Assembly: GCF_004010195.1 (NCBI RefSeq)
Contig: NC_057755.1
Span: forward strand, 10,948,161-11,012,160
DNA length: 64,000 nt
Direction of reading: 5' to 3'
Source of the DNA: Chiloscyllium plagiosum
Lineage: Eukaryota
The position numbers and the translations under genes are program-made. Shown here one piece after another: positions 1-12,069 of the stretch (its first letter is position 1; each line of letters begins with the position of its first letter). Below the pieces are notes generated by a model. The model saw nothing but the letters and a program-made list of their open reading frames with translations. It was not told the DNA's origin and did not search any database.

Positions 1-424
1 GGAGGATGGGATGAGGGAATTGAGCTTGATTGTCAGTGTTGATCATATTCAATGACAGAGCATGCTCGAGGGGCCGAATGGCCTATTCCTGCTCCTATCT
101 TCTATGTCTCTATGTAATATCTCCAGGGTCACTGACAAGACCCATGTTGGGTGGGAGAGAAAGCTGTGGGGACAACCAAAGAGACTGTGATCCGATATGG
201 CCAGCTTCACTGAGTGGGCAAGTCATTGCCCGATGGAATATAATGTGGAGAAACGTCCATGTGCAGCACAGATTTCCAAACTAACTCAGTGACAGATTAA
301 AATTCCCGTTCCCTGCATAGTCCACACTTCCAGACCCAGGGAGGTTTTGTCTCTGAGGGAGGGCAGGTTTCTGACTGGATATTATCACATTACAACATGA
401 GGTTACTGAGTGTAACAGAGTTAA

Positions 425-528
425 CAATCACACAACACCAGGTTATAGTCGAACCGGTTAAATTGGAAGCACACGAGACTTCGGAGCGACGCTCCTTCAT
501 CAGGTGATAGTGGAGGGCTCGATCATAA
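425..528 (-). mobile_element. Penelope-like element end fragment with degenerate hammerhead ribozyme core
   Basis: Minus strand reads cac-CTGATGA-a-ggagc-gtc-gctcc-GAAG-tctc-gtg (CTGATGA at 503-497). Stems I and II are intact but GAAA is changed to GAAG. Confidence 0.6.
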
Positions 529-910
529 CTGTTCCTAGTAAACATTCCCAGGACAGTGACAGCACGGGGTTAGATACAGAGTAAATCTCCCACTGCACTG
601 ATCCTATTAAACACTCCCAGGACAGGGACAGCGCGGGGTTAGATCCAGAGTAAATCTCCTTCAGCAGTCTTCATGTTAAACACTTCCAGGACAGAGACAG
701 CACGGGGTTAGATACAGAGTAAATCTCCCACTGCACTGTTCCTATTAAATACTCCCAGGTCAGGGACAGCACGGGGTTAGATACAGAGTAAATCTCCCTC
801 TGCACTGTTCCTATTAAACACTCACAGGACAGGGCGAGTGTGAGGTTAGGTACAGAGTAAATCCCCCTCTGCACTGTTCCTATTAAATACTCCCAGGACA
901 GGGACAGTAC
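529..910. repeat. 69-bp minisatellite, about 5.5 copies, running into a gap
   Basis: Unit ctgttcctattaaacactcccaggacagggacagcacggggttagatacagagtaaatctccctctgca starts at 529, 598, 667, 736, 805 and 874. Confidence 0.95.
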
Positions 911-1410
911 NNNNNNNNNNNNNNNNNNNNNNNNNNNNNNNNNNNNNNNNNNNNNNNNNNNNNNNNNNNNNNNNNNNNNNNNNNNNNNNNNNNNNNNNNN
1001 NNNNNNNNNNNNNNNNNNNNNNNNNNNNNNNNNNNNNNNNNNNNNNNNNNNNNNNNNNNNNNNNNNNNNNNNNNNNNNNNNNNNNNNNNNNNNNNNNNNN
1101 NNNNNNNNNNNNNNNNNNNNNNNNNNNNNNNNNNNNNNNNNNNNNNNNNNNNNNNNNNNNNNNNNNNNNNNNNNNNNNNNNNNNNNNNNNNNNNNNNNNN
1201 NNNNNNNNNNNNNNNNNNNNNNNNNNNNNNNNNNNNNNNNNNNNNNNNNNNNNNNNNNNNNNNNNNNNNNNNNNNNNNNNNNNNNNNNNNNNNNNNNNNN
1301 NNNNNNNNNNNNNNNNNNNNNNNNNNNNNNNNNNNNNNNNNNNNNNNNNNNNNNNNNNNNNNNNNNNNNNNNNNNNNNNNNNNNNNNNNNNNNNNNNNNN
1401 NNNNNNNNNN
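911..1410. other. Assembly gap (500 N); other gaps at 6427-6914, 12070-12589, 13487-13792, 22072-22571, 24052-24411
   Basis: Runs of N. All X-containing ORFs in the track are artefacts of these gaps. Confidence 1.
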
Positions 1411-1486
1411 CACTGAGGGTGTGTGTTCTCAGAGTTTCTGTGAGAAATCTCCTTTATCAACTTATTGCTGTCTTTTTATTTTGAAG

Positions 1487-1618
1487 GTTGCGGTTGGGGA
1501 TCTTGATGATTGCATACACATGAGGGTGTTCCAGCCACTGCCCAATACTGGCGAGACTGTGTCACTGGACAGCATCCAAACAGACAAGAGGCAGCTTGAT
1601 GAGATTGAGTACTTCTAG
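1487..1618 (+). CDS. Terminal coding exon (exon 3) of a stefin / cystatin A/B-like cysteine protease inhibitor
   Basis: Acceptor tctttttattttgaag precedes phase-0 VAVGDLDDCIHMRVFQPLPNTGETVSLDSIQTDKRQLDEIEYF*. This aligns by eye with the last exon of cystatin B (VHVGDEDFVHLRVFQSLPH...YQTNKAKHDELTYF). Upstream exons are not visible in the window. Confidence 0.88.
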   Translation, partial: VAVGDLDDCIHMRVFQPLPNTGETVSLDSIQTDKRQLDEIEYF

Positions 1619-1667
1619 GAGAGACCCAGCGCATTGCCTGCGTCTCCCTCCCCTCACGCTCAAATAT

Positions 1668-3208
1668 CATTTATAAGCAAACTCCCTGCTTTTTGCCTCC
1701 CTTTCCCTCCTGACCACTGGACTCTCCCTGCCTCACAGCTGTCCCTCCCCCAAATACACTGGAGTGGTTCAAGAAGGCAGCTTACCATCATCTTCTCCAG
1801 ACCAATTAGTAACAGGGCAACAAATGTTAGTTCGGTGTTTATTACTAATGCTCCACGGGATTAATGATTCCAACACAAAAACCCAGTTCACCCTTCACAC
1901 AAAACACCTCCAGCATAAAAGCCTTAATGCCGTGCTGATGGGATCTTGCTGTGTATCCCCAGAGCAATCTGACTCGCTAAAGGACATCAGAAGATCTGAC
2001 CAGCTTCCATGATAGGGCAGGCTGCCCTTGGAATCCCCTAACCCAGAGTGACTCGACTCTCCAGCTGTAACCACATCGCAAAGCATTCAATAAAAGCAAA
2101 CTCAAGCATTTACTTGTGGCCATTGATTCTTTCGATTTTGGAGGTGAGATCAGATGGATTCGAGAATCAATTGCTGAGTGCCCTGAGGGATACCAGCTTC
2201 TGTCTGAACGCAAGGAAGGTGGTGTCTGACAGATGATCATTTGTCAGTTGGATTTTGTAGTAGAGCTGAAATAGAGGTGTGGATTGCAGTTCTGGGAAAG
2301 GATGTTTTTTAATGGTCAGAAAGTCATCTGGAACGATGAACTAAAGATATCATTTCCAACTAGTCCCATGACTTTCGACATGTCAGGTATCTATGGTGAT
2401 AACGGATGTAGTAAAGGTTACAGTTTGATGACATACAGGGAAAAAGACCAAGACCCACAAACAGGTTGAATACAGTTCTGAACCACAATGTATTCAGGGC
2501 AGAAAGACAGGGTCGGGCCCAGCAGAAGAGAAGTCTGCTCATATGCAGGAAATCTCCAGCTCAGGAGAATCGTTTGCAAAGTCTCTCAAACTGTCAGAAC
2601 GGAAAAGAGGTTTGGGTGATCAGTCTCGCAAAAGTATCACAAAGCCATAACTGAAACAATCATTTAAGTTAGAAATTAATGCGAAGGGAGAGTGATGCTG
2701 TAACCACTGAGAAGATACATCTGAATGGCTTCATTACCTTTAGAGATCCATAACGATTTATTCATGTCAGATGAGTATAATTTTCAATAAAACTCTGTTG
2801 GGCCTTGCTGATGTCTCAGCTAAATGCCAAGTGGTTGTATGCAAATATAGAGAATGGTGCACGTCAGGGCTTAACTTGTGCTCTGTAAGTAAAGAGAGCA
2901 TAGATCTGAATGGCTTCATGAAATGTACATGTACATTAAGATATATTTTCAAGAAGAAAGTATACATTTGCAATATATAAAAATTTCAGAGGAAAATAAA
3001 TCAGATAGCGTGGCACTTCTTGAGAATGAATATCTGTAAAGGATATTCCTGAGAAAAATGTGAAAGTTTATTTTTCTCTTTCTGTTCAGATTAACCTGTT
3101 GTGTAAGGGCGTTAGTACCCTGAAACAACCTTGTGTAGATGACACGGAGCTGGACAGCACTAAGTGTATCAACAGCACATTACTGGTAGAATAAAATGTT
3201 AGTGTTGT
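1668..3208 (+). repeat. Segmental duplication copy A (stefin 3' UTR and downstream flank)
   Basis: Near-identical to 6915-8458 (offset about 5247-5250). Both copies run into the 33-bp satellite. Confidence 0.95.
2089..2094 (+). terminator. Candidate polyadenylation signal of the stefin gene (copy at 7338-7343)
   Basis: AATAAA about 470 nt after the stop codon, followed by a T/GT-rich tract. Confidence 0.5.
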
Positions 3209-5721
3209 ACTGTCAGAGGAATAGTACTGAGGGTGTGCTGCACTGTCAGAGGGTCAGTACTGAGGGTGTGCCGCACTGTCAGAGGGTCAGTACTGAGGGA
3301 GTGCCGCACTATCAGAGGGTCAGTACTGAGGGAGTGCCACACTGTCAGAGGTTCAGCACTCAGGGAGTGCCGCACTGTCAGAGGGTCAGTAATGAGGTAG
3401 TGCTCCACTGTCAGATTGTCAGTACTGAGGGAGTGCCGCACTGTCAGAGGGACAATACTGAGGGAGTGCTGCACTGCCAGAGGGTCAGCACTGAGGGAGT
3501 GCCACACTGTCAGAGGGTCAGTACTGAGGCAGTACTGCACTGTCAGAAAGTGAGTACTGAGAGAGTGCCGCACTGTCAGATTGTCAGTACTGAGGGAGTG
3601 CTGCACTGTCAGAGGGTCAGTATTAAGGGAGTGCCGCACTGTCAGAGGGTCAGTACTGAGGGAGTGCCGCACTGTCAGAGGGTCAGTATTGATGGAATGC
3701 TGCACTGTCAGAGAGTCCGTAGTGAGGGAGTGCCACACTGTCAGAGAGTGAGTACTGAGGGAGTGCCGCACTGTCGGAAGGTCAGTACTGAGGGAATGCC
3801 GCACTATCGGAGGGTCAGTACTGAGGGAGTGCCACACTGAAAGTCAGTCACTACTAAGTGTGTGCTGCACTGTCAGAGGGTCAGTACTGAGGGTGTGTCG
3901 CAATGTCAGAGGGTCAGTACAGAAGAAGTGCTGCACTGTCAGAGGGTCAATACTACGGGAATGCCGCACTATGGGAGGGTGAGTACTGAGGGAACGCTGC
4001 TGTCAGAGGGTCATTACTGAGGGAGTGCTGCACTGTCATAGGGCCAGTAGTGAGGGAGTGCCGCACTGTCAGACAGTCACTACTGAGTGTGCGCCGCACT
4101 GTCGGACGGTCAGTACTGAGTGATTGCCGCACTGTCAGAGAGTGAATACTGAGGGAGTGCTGCACTGCCAGAGGGTCAGTACTGAGGGATTGCTGCACTG
4201 TCAGAGAGTCAGTACTGATGGAGGGCCGCACTGTCAGAGGGTCTGTACTGAAGGAGTGCCGCACTGTCAGAGGGTCAGTACTGAGGGAGTGTTGCACTGT
4301 CAGAGTATCAGTACTGAGGGAATGCCGCACTGTCAGAGGGTCAGCACTGAGGGAGTGCCGCACTGTCGGAGGGTCAGTCCCGAGGGAATGCCCTACTGTC
4401 GGAAGGTCAGTACTGAGGGAGTGCCGCACTGTCAGAGGGTCAGTACTGAGGGAGTGCCGTACTGTCAGAGGGAAATACTGAGTGTGTGCTGCACTGTCAG
4501 AGGGTAAGTACCTAGGGTGTGATGCACTGTCAGAGTGTCAAGACTGAGGGAGTGCGGCACAGTCAGAGGGTCAGTACTGAGGGAGTGCTGCTCTGTCAGA
4601 GGGTCAGTACTGAGGAAGCGCCGCACTGTCAGAGAATCAGCACTGAGGGAGTGCCGCACTGTCAGATGGTCAGTACTGAGGTAGTGCTGTACTGTCAGAG
4701 AGTGCCGCACTGTGGGAGGGTGAGTAATAAGGGAACGCTGCACTGTCAGAGGATCAGTACTGAGGGAGTGCGGCACTGTCAGAGGATCAGTACTGAGGGA
4801 GTGCTGCACTGTCAGAGGGTCAGTACTGAGGGATTGCCGCACTGTCAGAGAGTCAGTACCGAGGGAGTGCCGCACTGTCAGAGGGTCAGTACTGAGGGAG
4901 TGCTGCACTGTCAGAGGGTCAGTATTGAGGGAGTGCCGCACTGTCAGAGAGTCAGTACTGAGGGAGTGCCTCACTGTCAGAGGATCAGGACTGAGGGAAT
5001 GCTGCACTATCAGAGAGTCCGTAGTGAGGGAGTGCCACTCTGTCAAAGAGTGAGTACTGAGGTAGTGCTGCACTGTCAGAGGGTCAGTATTGAGGGAGTG
5101 CCGCACTGTCAGAGAGTCAGTACTGAGGGAGTGCCTCACTGTCAGAGGATCAGTACTGAGGGAGTGCTGCACTGTCAGAGGGTCAGTACTGAGGGAGTGC
5201 CACACTGTCAGAGGGTCAGTAGTGAGTGAGTGCCGTACTGTCAGAGGGTCAGTACTGACGAAGTGCCGCACTTTCAGGGTGTCAGTAATAGGGAGTCGTG
5301 CACAGTCAGAGTGTCAGTACTGAGGGAATGCCGCACTGTCAGAGGGTCAGCACTGAGGGAGTGCCGCACTGTCAGAGGGACAGTACAGAGGGAGTACCGC
5401 ACATGTCAGAGGGACAGTACTGTGAGAGTGCTGCACTGTCACGGGGTCAGTACTGAGGGATTGCCGCACTTTCAGAGGGTAAATACTGAGGGAGTGCTGT
5501 GCTGTCAGAGGGTCAGTACTGAGGGAGTGCCGCACTGTCAGAGTGTCAAGACTGAGGGAGTGCGGCACTGTCAGAGTGACCGTACTGAGGGAGGGCTGTA
5601 CTGTCGGACGGTCAGTACTGAGGGAGTGCCGCACTGTCAGAGTGACAGTACTGAGGGAGTGCCGCACTGTCAAAGTGACAGTACTGAGGGAGGGCTGTAC
5701 TGTCATAGGGTCAGTACTGGG
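3209..5721. repeat. 33-bp minisatellite array (ctgtcagagggtcagtactgagggagtgccgca)n, about 75 copies
   Basis: Direct tandem unit, translating as HCQRVSTEGVP (+) and VRHSLSTDPLT (-) repeats. Confidence 0.97.
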
Positions 5722-5927
5722 AATAGTCTAATTTGTTCTGACCTTGTCCTTCATTTGGAGGCAGAGACAGATGGAATGGGACTGAAAGTCACCTTCCTGA
5801 GGCTGTTTGACATCCTCCTGAGGGAAAAGAAGTGAGATTGTGTCATATATTCCTCACATTAATCATTATCATGGACATAGATCGCACGGCCACAAAACCG
5901 ATGAGCTCCATGTCAACGTGGAAGAGG

Positions 5928-6426
5928 ATTCTGGTTAATCCAAGATGGAGGACAGCAAAGATTTCTGTCTGTAAGAGCTGCGCCTTTATTTGAGGTATTT
6001 TACTTGTTGGAGGTGATTTCCTCGAATTCCAGGAGCAGCAATTACTGTGTTATCTGCTGTTGCATTGTTTAGGAACTTTGGGGAAAAAAATCAAAACAAC
6101 AGCAGTTTTAAAAGGGTCAAGAGCAGACAAAGGAAGCACATGGTGAGGACAGTGCAGGAGAGAGAGAGAGGGAACCTGCACAGTTACTGCCTTTGCTGTT
6201 TGATTTCGTGTATCGCTGGACATCGGAGTGCATCTGGGAAAATTAACAAACAGTGAAATTCACACCTAATCTTGGGGGAACTGTTGGGCGAAGTTCACAG
6301 CACAGAATCAGAGAAGTTAATTGTTGTTTTAAGTCTGTCCAAGAGAAGGGCTGCAGTAGTAAGTACAGTGGGTTCTTTCTTGATTATATGGTTTTGGAGA
6401 TAAGTCTCTTGATTAAACTTAAAATA
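5928..6426 (+). mobile_element. 5' end of a CR1-type LINE, running into a gap
   Basis: Reverse complement of 11030-11577, which is contiguous with CR1 ORF1/EN/RT remnants. Confidence 0.75.
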
Positions 6427-6914
6427 NNNNNNNNNNNNNNNNNNNNNNNNNNNNNNNNNNNNNNNNNNNNNNNNNNNNNNNNNNNNNNNNNNNNNNNNNN
6501 NNNNNNNNNNNNNNNNNNNNNNNNNNNNNNNNNNNNNNNNNNNNNNNNNNNNNNNNNNNNNNNNNNNNNNNNNNNNNNNNNNNNNNNNNNNNNNNNNNNN
6601 NNNNNNNNNNNNNNNNNNNNNNNNNNNNNNNNNNNNNNNNNNNNNNNNNNNNNNNNNNNNNNNNNNNNNNNNNNNNNNNNNNNNNNNNNNNNNNNNNNNN
6701 NNNNNNNNNNNNNNNNNNNNNNNNNNNNNNNNNNNNNNNNNNNNNNNNNNNNNNNNNNNNNNNNNNNNNNNNNNNNNNNNNNNNNNNNNNNNNNNNNNNN
6801 NNNNNNNNNNNNNNNNNNNNNNNNNNNNNNNNNNNNNNNNNNNNNNNNNNNNNNNNNNNNNNNNNNNNNNNNNNNNNNNNNNNNNNNNNNNNNNNNNNNN
6901 NNNNNNNNNNNNNN

Positions 6915-8458
6915 CATTTATAAGCAAACTCCCTGCTTTTTGCCTCCCTTTCCCTCCTGACCACTGGACTCTCCCTGCCTCACAGCTGTCCCTCCCCCAA
7001 ATACACTGGAGTGGTTCAAGAAGGCAGCTTACCATCATCTTCTCCAGACCAATTAGTAACAGGGCAACAAATGTTAGTTCGGTGTTTATTACTAATGCTC
7101 CACGGGATTAATGATTCCAACACAAAAACCCAGTTCACCCTTCACACAAAATACCTCCAGCAAGAAAAGCCTTAATGCCGTGCTCATGGGATCTTGCTGT
7201 GTATCCCCAGAGCAATCTGACTCGCTAAAGGACATCAGAAGATCTGACCAGCTCCCATGATAGGGCAGGCTGCCCTTGGAATCCCCTAACCCAGAGTAGA
7301 CTCGACTCTCCAGCTGTAACCACATCGCAAAGCATTCAATAAAAGCAAACTCAAGCATTTATTGTGGCCATTGATTCTTTCGATTTTGGAGGTGAGATCA
7401 GATGGATTCGAGAATCAGTTGCTGAGTGCCCTGAGGGATACCAGCTTCTGTCTGAACGCAAGGAAGGTGGTGTCTGACAGATGATCATTTGTCAGTTGGA
7501 TTTTGTCGTAGAGCTGAAATAGAGATGTGGATTGCAGTTCTGGGAAAGGATGTTTTTTAATGGTCAGAAAGTCATCTGGAACGATGAACTAAAGGTATCA
7601 TTTCCAACTAGTCCCATGACTTTCGACATGTCAGGTATCTATGGTGATAACGGATGTAGTAAAGGTTACAGTTTGATGACATACAGGGAAAAAGACCAAG
7701 ACCCACAAACAGGTTGAATACAGTTCTGAACCACCATGTATTCAGGGCAGAAAGACAGGGTCAGGCCCAGCAGAAAAGAAGTCTGCTCATATGCAGGAAG
7801 TCTCTACACCGTGAGAGTTTGTGTCGACTTTTCTCAAACTGTCAGAACGGAAAAGAGGTTTGGGTGATCAGTCTCACAAAAGTATCACAAAGCTATAACT
7901 GAAACAATCATTTAAGTTAGAAATTAATGCGAAGGGAGAGTGTTGCTGTAAGTATAGAGAGTATACATCTGAATGGTTTCATTACCTTTAGAGATCCATG
8001 ACGATTTATTCATGTCAGATGAGTATAATTTTCAATAAAACTCTGTTGGGCCTTGCTGATGTCTCAGTTAAATGCCAAGTGGTTGTATGCAAATATAGAG
8101 AATGGTGCACGTCAGGGCTTAACTTGTGCTCTGTAAGTAAAGAGAGCATAGATCTGAATGGCTTCATGAAATGTACATGTACATTAAGATATATTTTCAA
8201 GAAGAAAGTATACATTTGCAATAAATAAAAATTTCAGAGGAAAAAAAAATCAGATAGCGTGACACTTCATTGAGAATGAATATCTGTAAAGGATATTCCT
8301 GAGAAAAATGTGAAATTTTATTTTTCTCTTTCTGTTCAGATTAACCTGTTGTTTAAGGGCGTTAGTACCCTGAAACAACCTTGTGTAGATGACACGAAGA
8401 TAGACAGCACTAAGTGTATCAATAGCACATTACTGGTAGAATAAAATATTAGTGTTGT
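6915..8458 (+). repeat. Segmental duplication copy B of the stefin 3' region
   Basis: Near-identical to 1668-3208; begins at the gap edge. Confidence 0.95.
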
Positions 8459-9537
8459 ACTGTCAGAGGAATAGTACTGAGGGAGTGCCGCACTGTCAGA
8501 GGGTCAGTACTGAGGGAGTGCCGCACTGTCAGAGGGTCAGTACTGAGGGAGTGCCGCAATATCGCAGGGTCAATACTGATGGAGTGCTGCACTGTCAAGA
8601 TGGTCAGTACTAAGGGAGTGCTGCACTCTCAGAGGGTCAGTACTGAGGGAGTGCTGCACTGTCAGAGGGTCAGTACTGAGGGAGTGCCGCACTGTCAGAG
8701 GGTCAGTACTGAGGGAGTGTTGGACTGTCAGACGGTCAGTACTGAGGGAGTGCCGCACTGTCAGAGGGTCAGTACTGAGGGAGTGTTGGACTGTCAGAGG
8801 GTCAGTACTAATGGAGTACTGCACGGTCAGAGGGTCAATACTAAGGGAGTGCCACACTGTCGAAGAGTCAGTACTGAGGGAGTGCCGCACTATCAGAGGG
8901 TGTACTGAGGGAGTGCTGCACTGTCAGAGGGTCAGTAATGAAGGAGTGTTGGACTGTCAGAGGGTCAGTACTAATGGAGTACTGCACAGTCAGAGGGTCA
9001 ATACTAAGGGAGTGCCACACTGTCGAAGAGTCAGTACTGAGGGAGTGCCGCAATGTCAGAGGGTCAGTACTGAGGGAGTGGTGCACTGTCAAGATGGTCA
9101 GAACTGAGGGAGTGTCGCACTGTCAGAGGGTCAGTACTGAGGGAATGCCACACTGTCAGAGGGTCAGTACTGAGGGAGTGCCGCACTGTTGGAGGGTCAG
9201 TAATGAGGGAGTGCTGCACTGTCAGAGGGTCAGGACTGAGGGAATGCTGCACTGTCAGAGGGACAGGACTGAGGGAGTGCCACACTGACAGAGGGTCTGT
9301 ACTTGGGGAGTGCCACACCAGCAGAGAGTCAGTACTGACGGAGTGCTGCACTGTCAGGGGGTCAGTACTGAGGGACTGCCGCACTGTCAGAGGGTTAGTA
9401 CTGAGGGAGTGCCGCATGTCAGAGGGTCAATACTAAGGGAGTGCCACACTGTCGAAGAGTCAGTACTGAGGGAGTGCCACAGTGTTGGACGGTCAGTAAT
9501 GAGGGAGTGCCGTACTGTCAGAGGGTCAGTACTGAGG
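8459..9537. repeat. Second 33-bp minisatellite array
   Basis: Same unit as 3209-5721, with shared variant units such as caatactaagggagtgccacactgtcgaagag. Confidence 0.97.
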
Positions 9538-9562
9538 TTGTTCCACTTGCAAATCAGTGTAA

Positions 9563-11577
9563 ATCTTTTCTGAAACCTTTCAAGTTTCACAACATCTTTC
9601 CGAGACAAGAATTACATGTAATATTCCAACAGTGGCCTAACCAATGTCCTGTACAGTTGCAACATGACCTCCCAACTCCTGTACTCAGTACTCTGACCAA
9701 TAAAGGAAAGCATACCAAACGCCTTCTTCACTATCCATTCTACCTGTGACTCCACTTTCAAGAAGCTATGAAACTGCACTCCAAAGTCTCTTTGTTCAGC
9801 AACACTCCCTAGGACCTTACCATTAAGTGTATAAGTCCGGCTAAGAATTGCTTTCCCAAAATGCAGCACCTCGCATTTATCTGAATTAAACTCCATCTGC
9901 CACTTCTCAGCCCATTGGCCCATCTGGTCCAGATCCTGTTGTAATATGAGGTAACCCTCTTCGCTGTCCACTACACCTCCAATTTTGGTGTCTTCTGCAA
10001 ACTTACTAACTGTACCTCTTATGTTCACATCCAAATCATTTATGTAAATGACAAAAAGTAGACATCACAGCACCAATCCTTGTGGCACTCCACTGGTCAC
10101 AGGCCTCCAGTCTAAAAAATTAACCTCCACCACCACCCTCTCTCTTCTACCTTTGAGCCAGTTCTGTATCCAAATGGCTCGTTCTCACTGTATTCCATGA
10201 GATCTAATCTTGCTCACCAGTCTCCCATGGGGAACCTTACCGAATGCCTTACTGAAATCCATATGGATCAGCCCTCATCAATCCTCTTTGTTACTTCTTC
10301 AAAACACTCAATCAAGTTTGTGAGACATGATTTCCCACGCACAAAGCCATGTTGATTCACCCTAATCAGTCCTTGCCTTTCCAAATACATGTACATCCTG
10401 TCCCTCAGGATTTCCTCCAACAGCTTGCCCACCACCAACGTCAGGCTCACTGGTCTATAGTTCCCTGGCAAGTTTGCTTCTCAATTTCCCTCTGACGATT
10501 AGGGGGTCTACAATACAAAACAATAAGCTTATCATCCCTTTCGTATTTCTCAGTTCCACGCAAATAACTTCCCTGGATGTACTTACGGGAATATCCTCCC
10601 TCAGCACAGCTGTAATGCTATCCCTTATCAAAAATGCCACACCCCTCCTCTCTTTCCTCCCTTTCTATCCTTCCTTTAGCATCTGTATCCTGGAACATTA
10701 AGCTGCCAGTCCTGCCCATCCCTGTAGTGGATACTTGCCCCCCTTCCTATAACTGCCACCCATCACATACTGTTGCAAATTCCTCATCGCTGCTATCTGT
10801 CTCTCCAACCGATCCACTCGATCTGATAAGATTCACAGCCAACAGCATTTATTGCAGATATAATCCGCAGTAACCCTTAAACTCTCTTTAAATTCCCACA
10901 TCTGACAAGAAGTACATATCACTGCAAAGGCCATTTTTGCTCCTTCACAATCTACAGATCCAGAAAATAATACTGTCTTATTTCTCTACAAACACTGCCC
11001 CAGGATAAATTAACAGTTATGGTTTGTATTTTAAGTTTAATCAAGAGACTTATCTCCAAAAAAACACATAATCAAGAAAGAACCCAGTCTACTCACGACT
11101 GCAGCCTTTCTCCTGGACAGACTTAAAACAACAATTAACTTCTCTGATTCTGCGCTGTGAACTTCGCCCAACAGTTCCCCCAAGATTAGTTGTGAATTTC
11201 ACTGTTTGATAATTTTCCCAGATGCACTCCGATGTCCAGCGATACACGAAATCAAACAGTGAAGGCAGTAACTGTGCAGGTTCCCCCTCTCTCTCTCTCC
11301 TGCACTGTCCTCACCATTGCTTCCTTTGTCTGCTCTTCTCCCTTTTAAACTGCTGTTGTTTTGCCTTTTGTTCCCCCCAAAGTTCCTAAACAATGCAACA
11401 GCATATAACACAGTAATTGCTGCTCCTGGAATTCGAGGAAATCACCTCCAACACCTAAAATACCTCAAATAAAGGAGCAGCCATGTTGATTCACCCTAAT
11501 CAGTCCTTGCCTTTCCACATACATGTACATCCTGTCCCTCAGGATTTTCCCGTCCTCCATCTTGGATTACACAGAAT
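9563..11577 (-). mobile_element. CR1 LINE, internally deleted and 3'-truncated
   Basis: RT motifs PGNYRPVSLT, QHGFVRGKSCLTNLIE, SKFAEDTKIGG and WAEKWQMEFNSDKCEVLHFG; EN remnant at 10455-10640; 5' UTR at about 10940-11577. Confidence 0.92.
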
Positions 11578-11734
11578 AGGCAAGATGGCCGAAGGATGGC
11601 GCTAATGGTGACGGGGCAGAGACAGAGAGCTGAGGACCAGAGGGGAAACAGCAGCCACAATCTCCCATTCACCCAGTTCCATTCTCGCCTTCTCATCTCT
11701 GCTCGTGGCGAGTTCTTCTCCCTTTGAAGAACCA

Positions 11735-12069
11735 GAGTAAAATAGAAGTGCAGGAGTTTGCCATTCGGCCCCTCAGTCCTATTCTGCCATTCTGCATACT
11801 GATGGCTGATCATTGAACTCAATTCCATAATCCTGTCATTCCCCCATACCCCCATCCCCTTAGCCACATGAGCTATATCTAACTGCATTCCTGACATAAG
11901 AAATGTTTGGCCTTAACCATTTTCTCTGGGAATGAACTCCACCGGACAACTACTCTCTGGGTGAAGGTGTGTCTCCTCATCTCAGTCCTAAAGGATTTCC
12001 TCCTTATCCTTAAGCTATGACCCCTGGTTCTGGATTCCCCCACCATCAGTAACATCTTTCCTGCATCAA
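11735..12069 (-). mobile_element. CR1 LINE 3' end
   Basis: Reverse complement of typical shark CR1 3' UTR (ccattcggccc, tgatggctgatc) with upstream ORF2 tail. Confidence 0.7.

Noticed and set aside
190..260. GQVIARWN as a cystatin QxVxG exon 2
   Set aside because: It is an alternative frame of a CR1 RT remnant (gagtgggca...gatggaatataatgtggagaaa) and lacks splice sites.
846..1460. ORFs spanning N-runs, here and at the other five gaps
   Set aside because: Artefacts of assembly gaps.
2070..2660. Protein-like frame (KHLLVAIDSFDFGGEIRW...FWERMFFNGQKVIWNDELK) and a minus-strand EAGIPQGTQQLIL ubiquitin-like snippet
   Set aside because: Multiple stops and no recognisable family. Conservation in copy B only reflects the recent duplication.
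3196..5835. Long repetitive ORFs (HCQRVSTEGVP / VRHSLSTDPLT) as zinc-finger-like proteins, or the array as CRISPR
   Set aside because: A by-product of a 33-bp unit that is open on both strands. Frames break at random, there are no unique spacers, and there are no cas genes.
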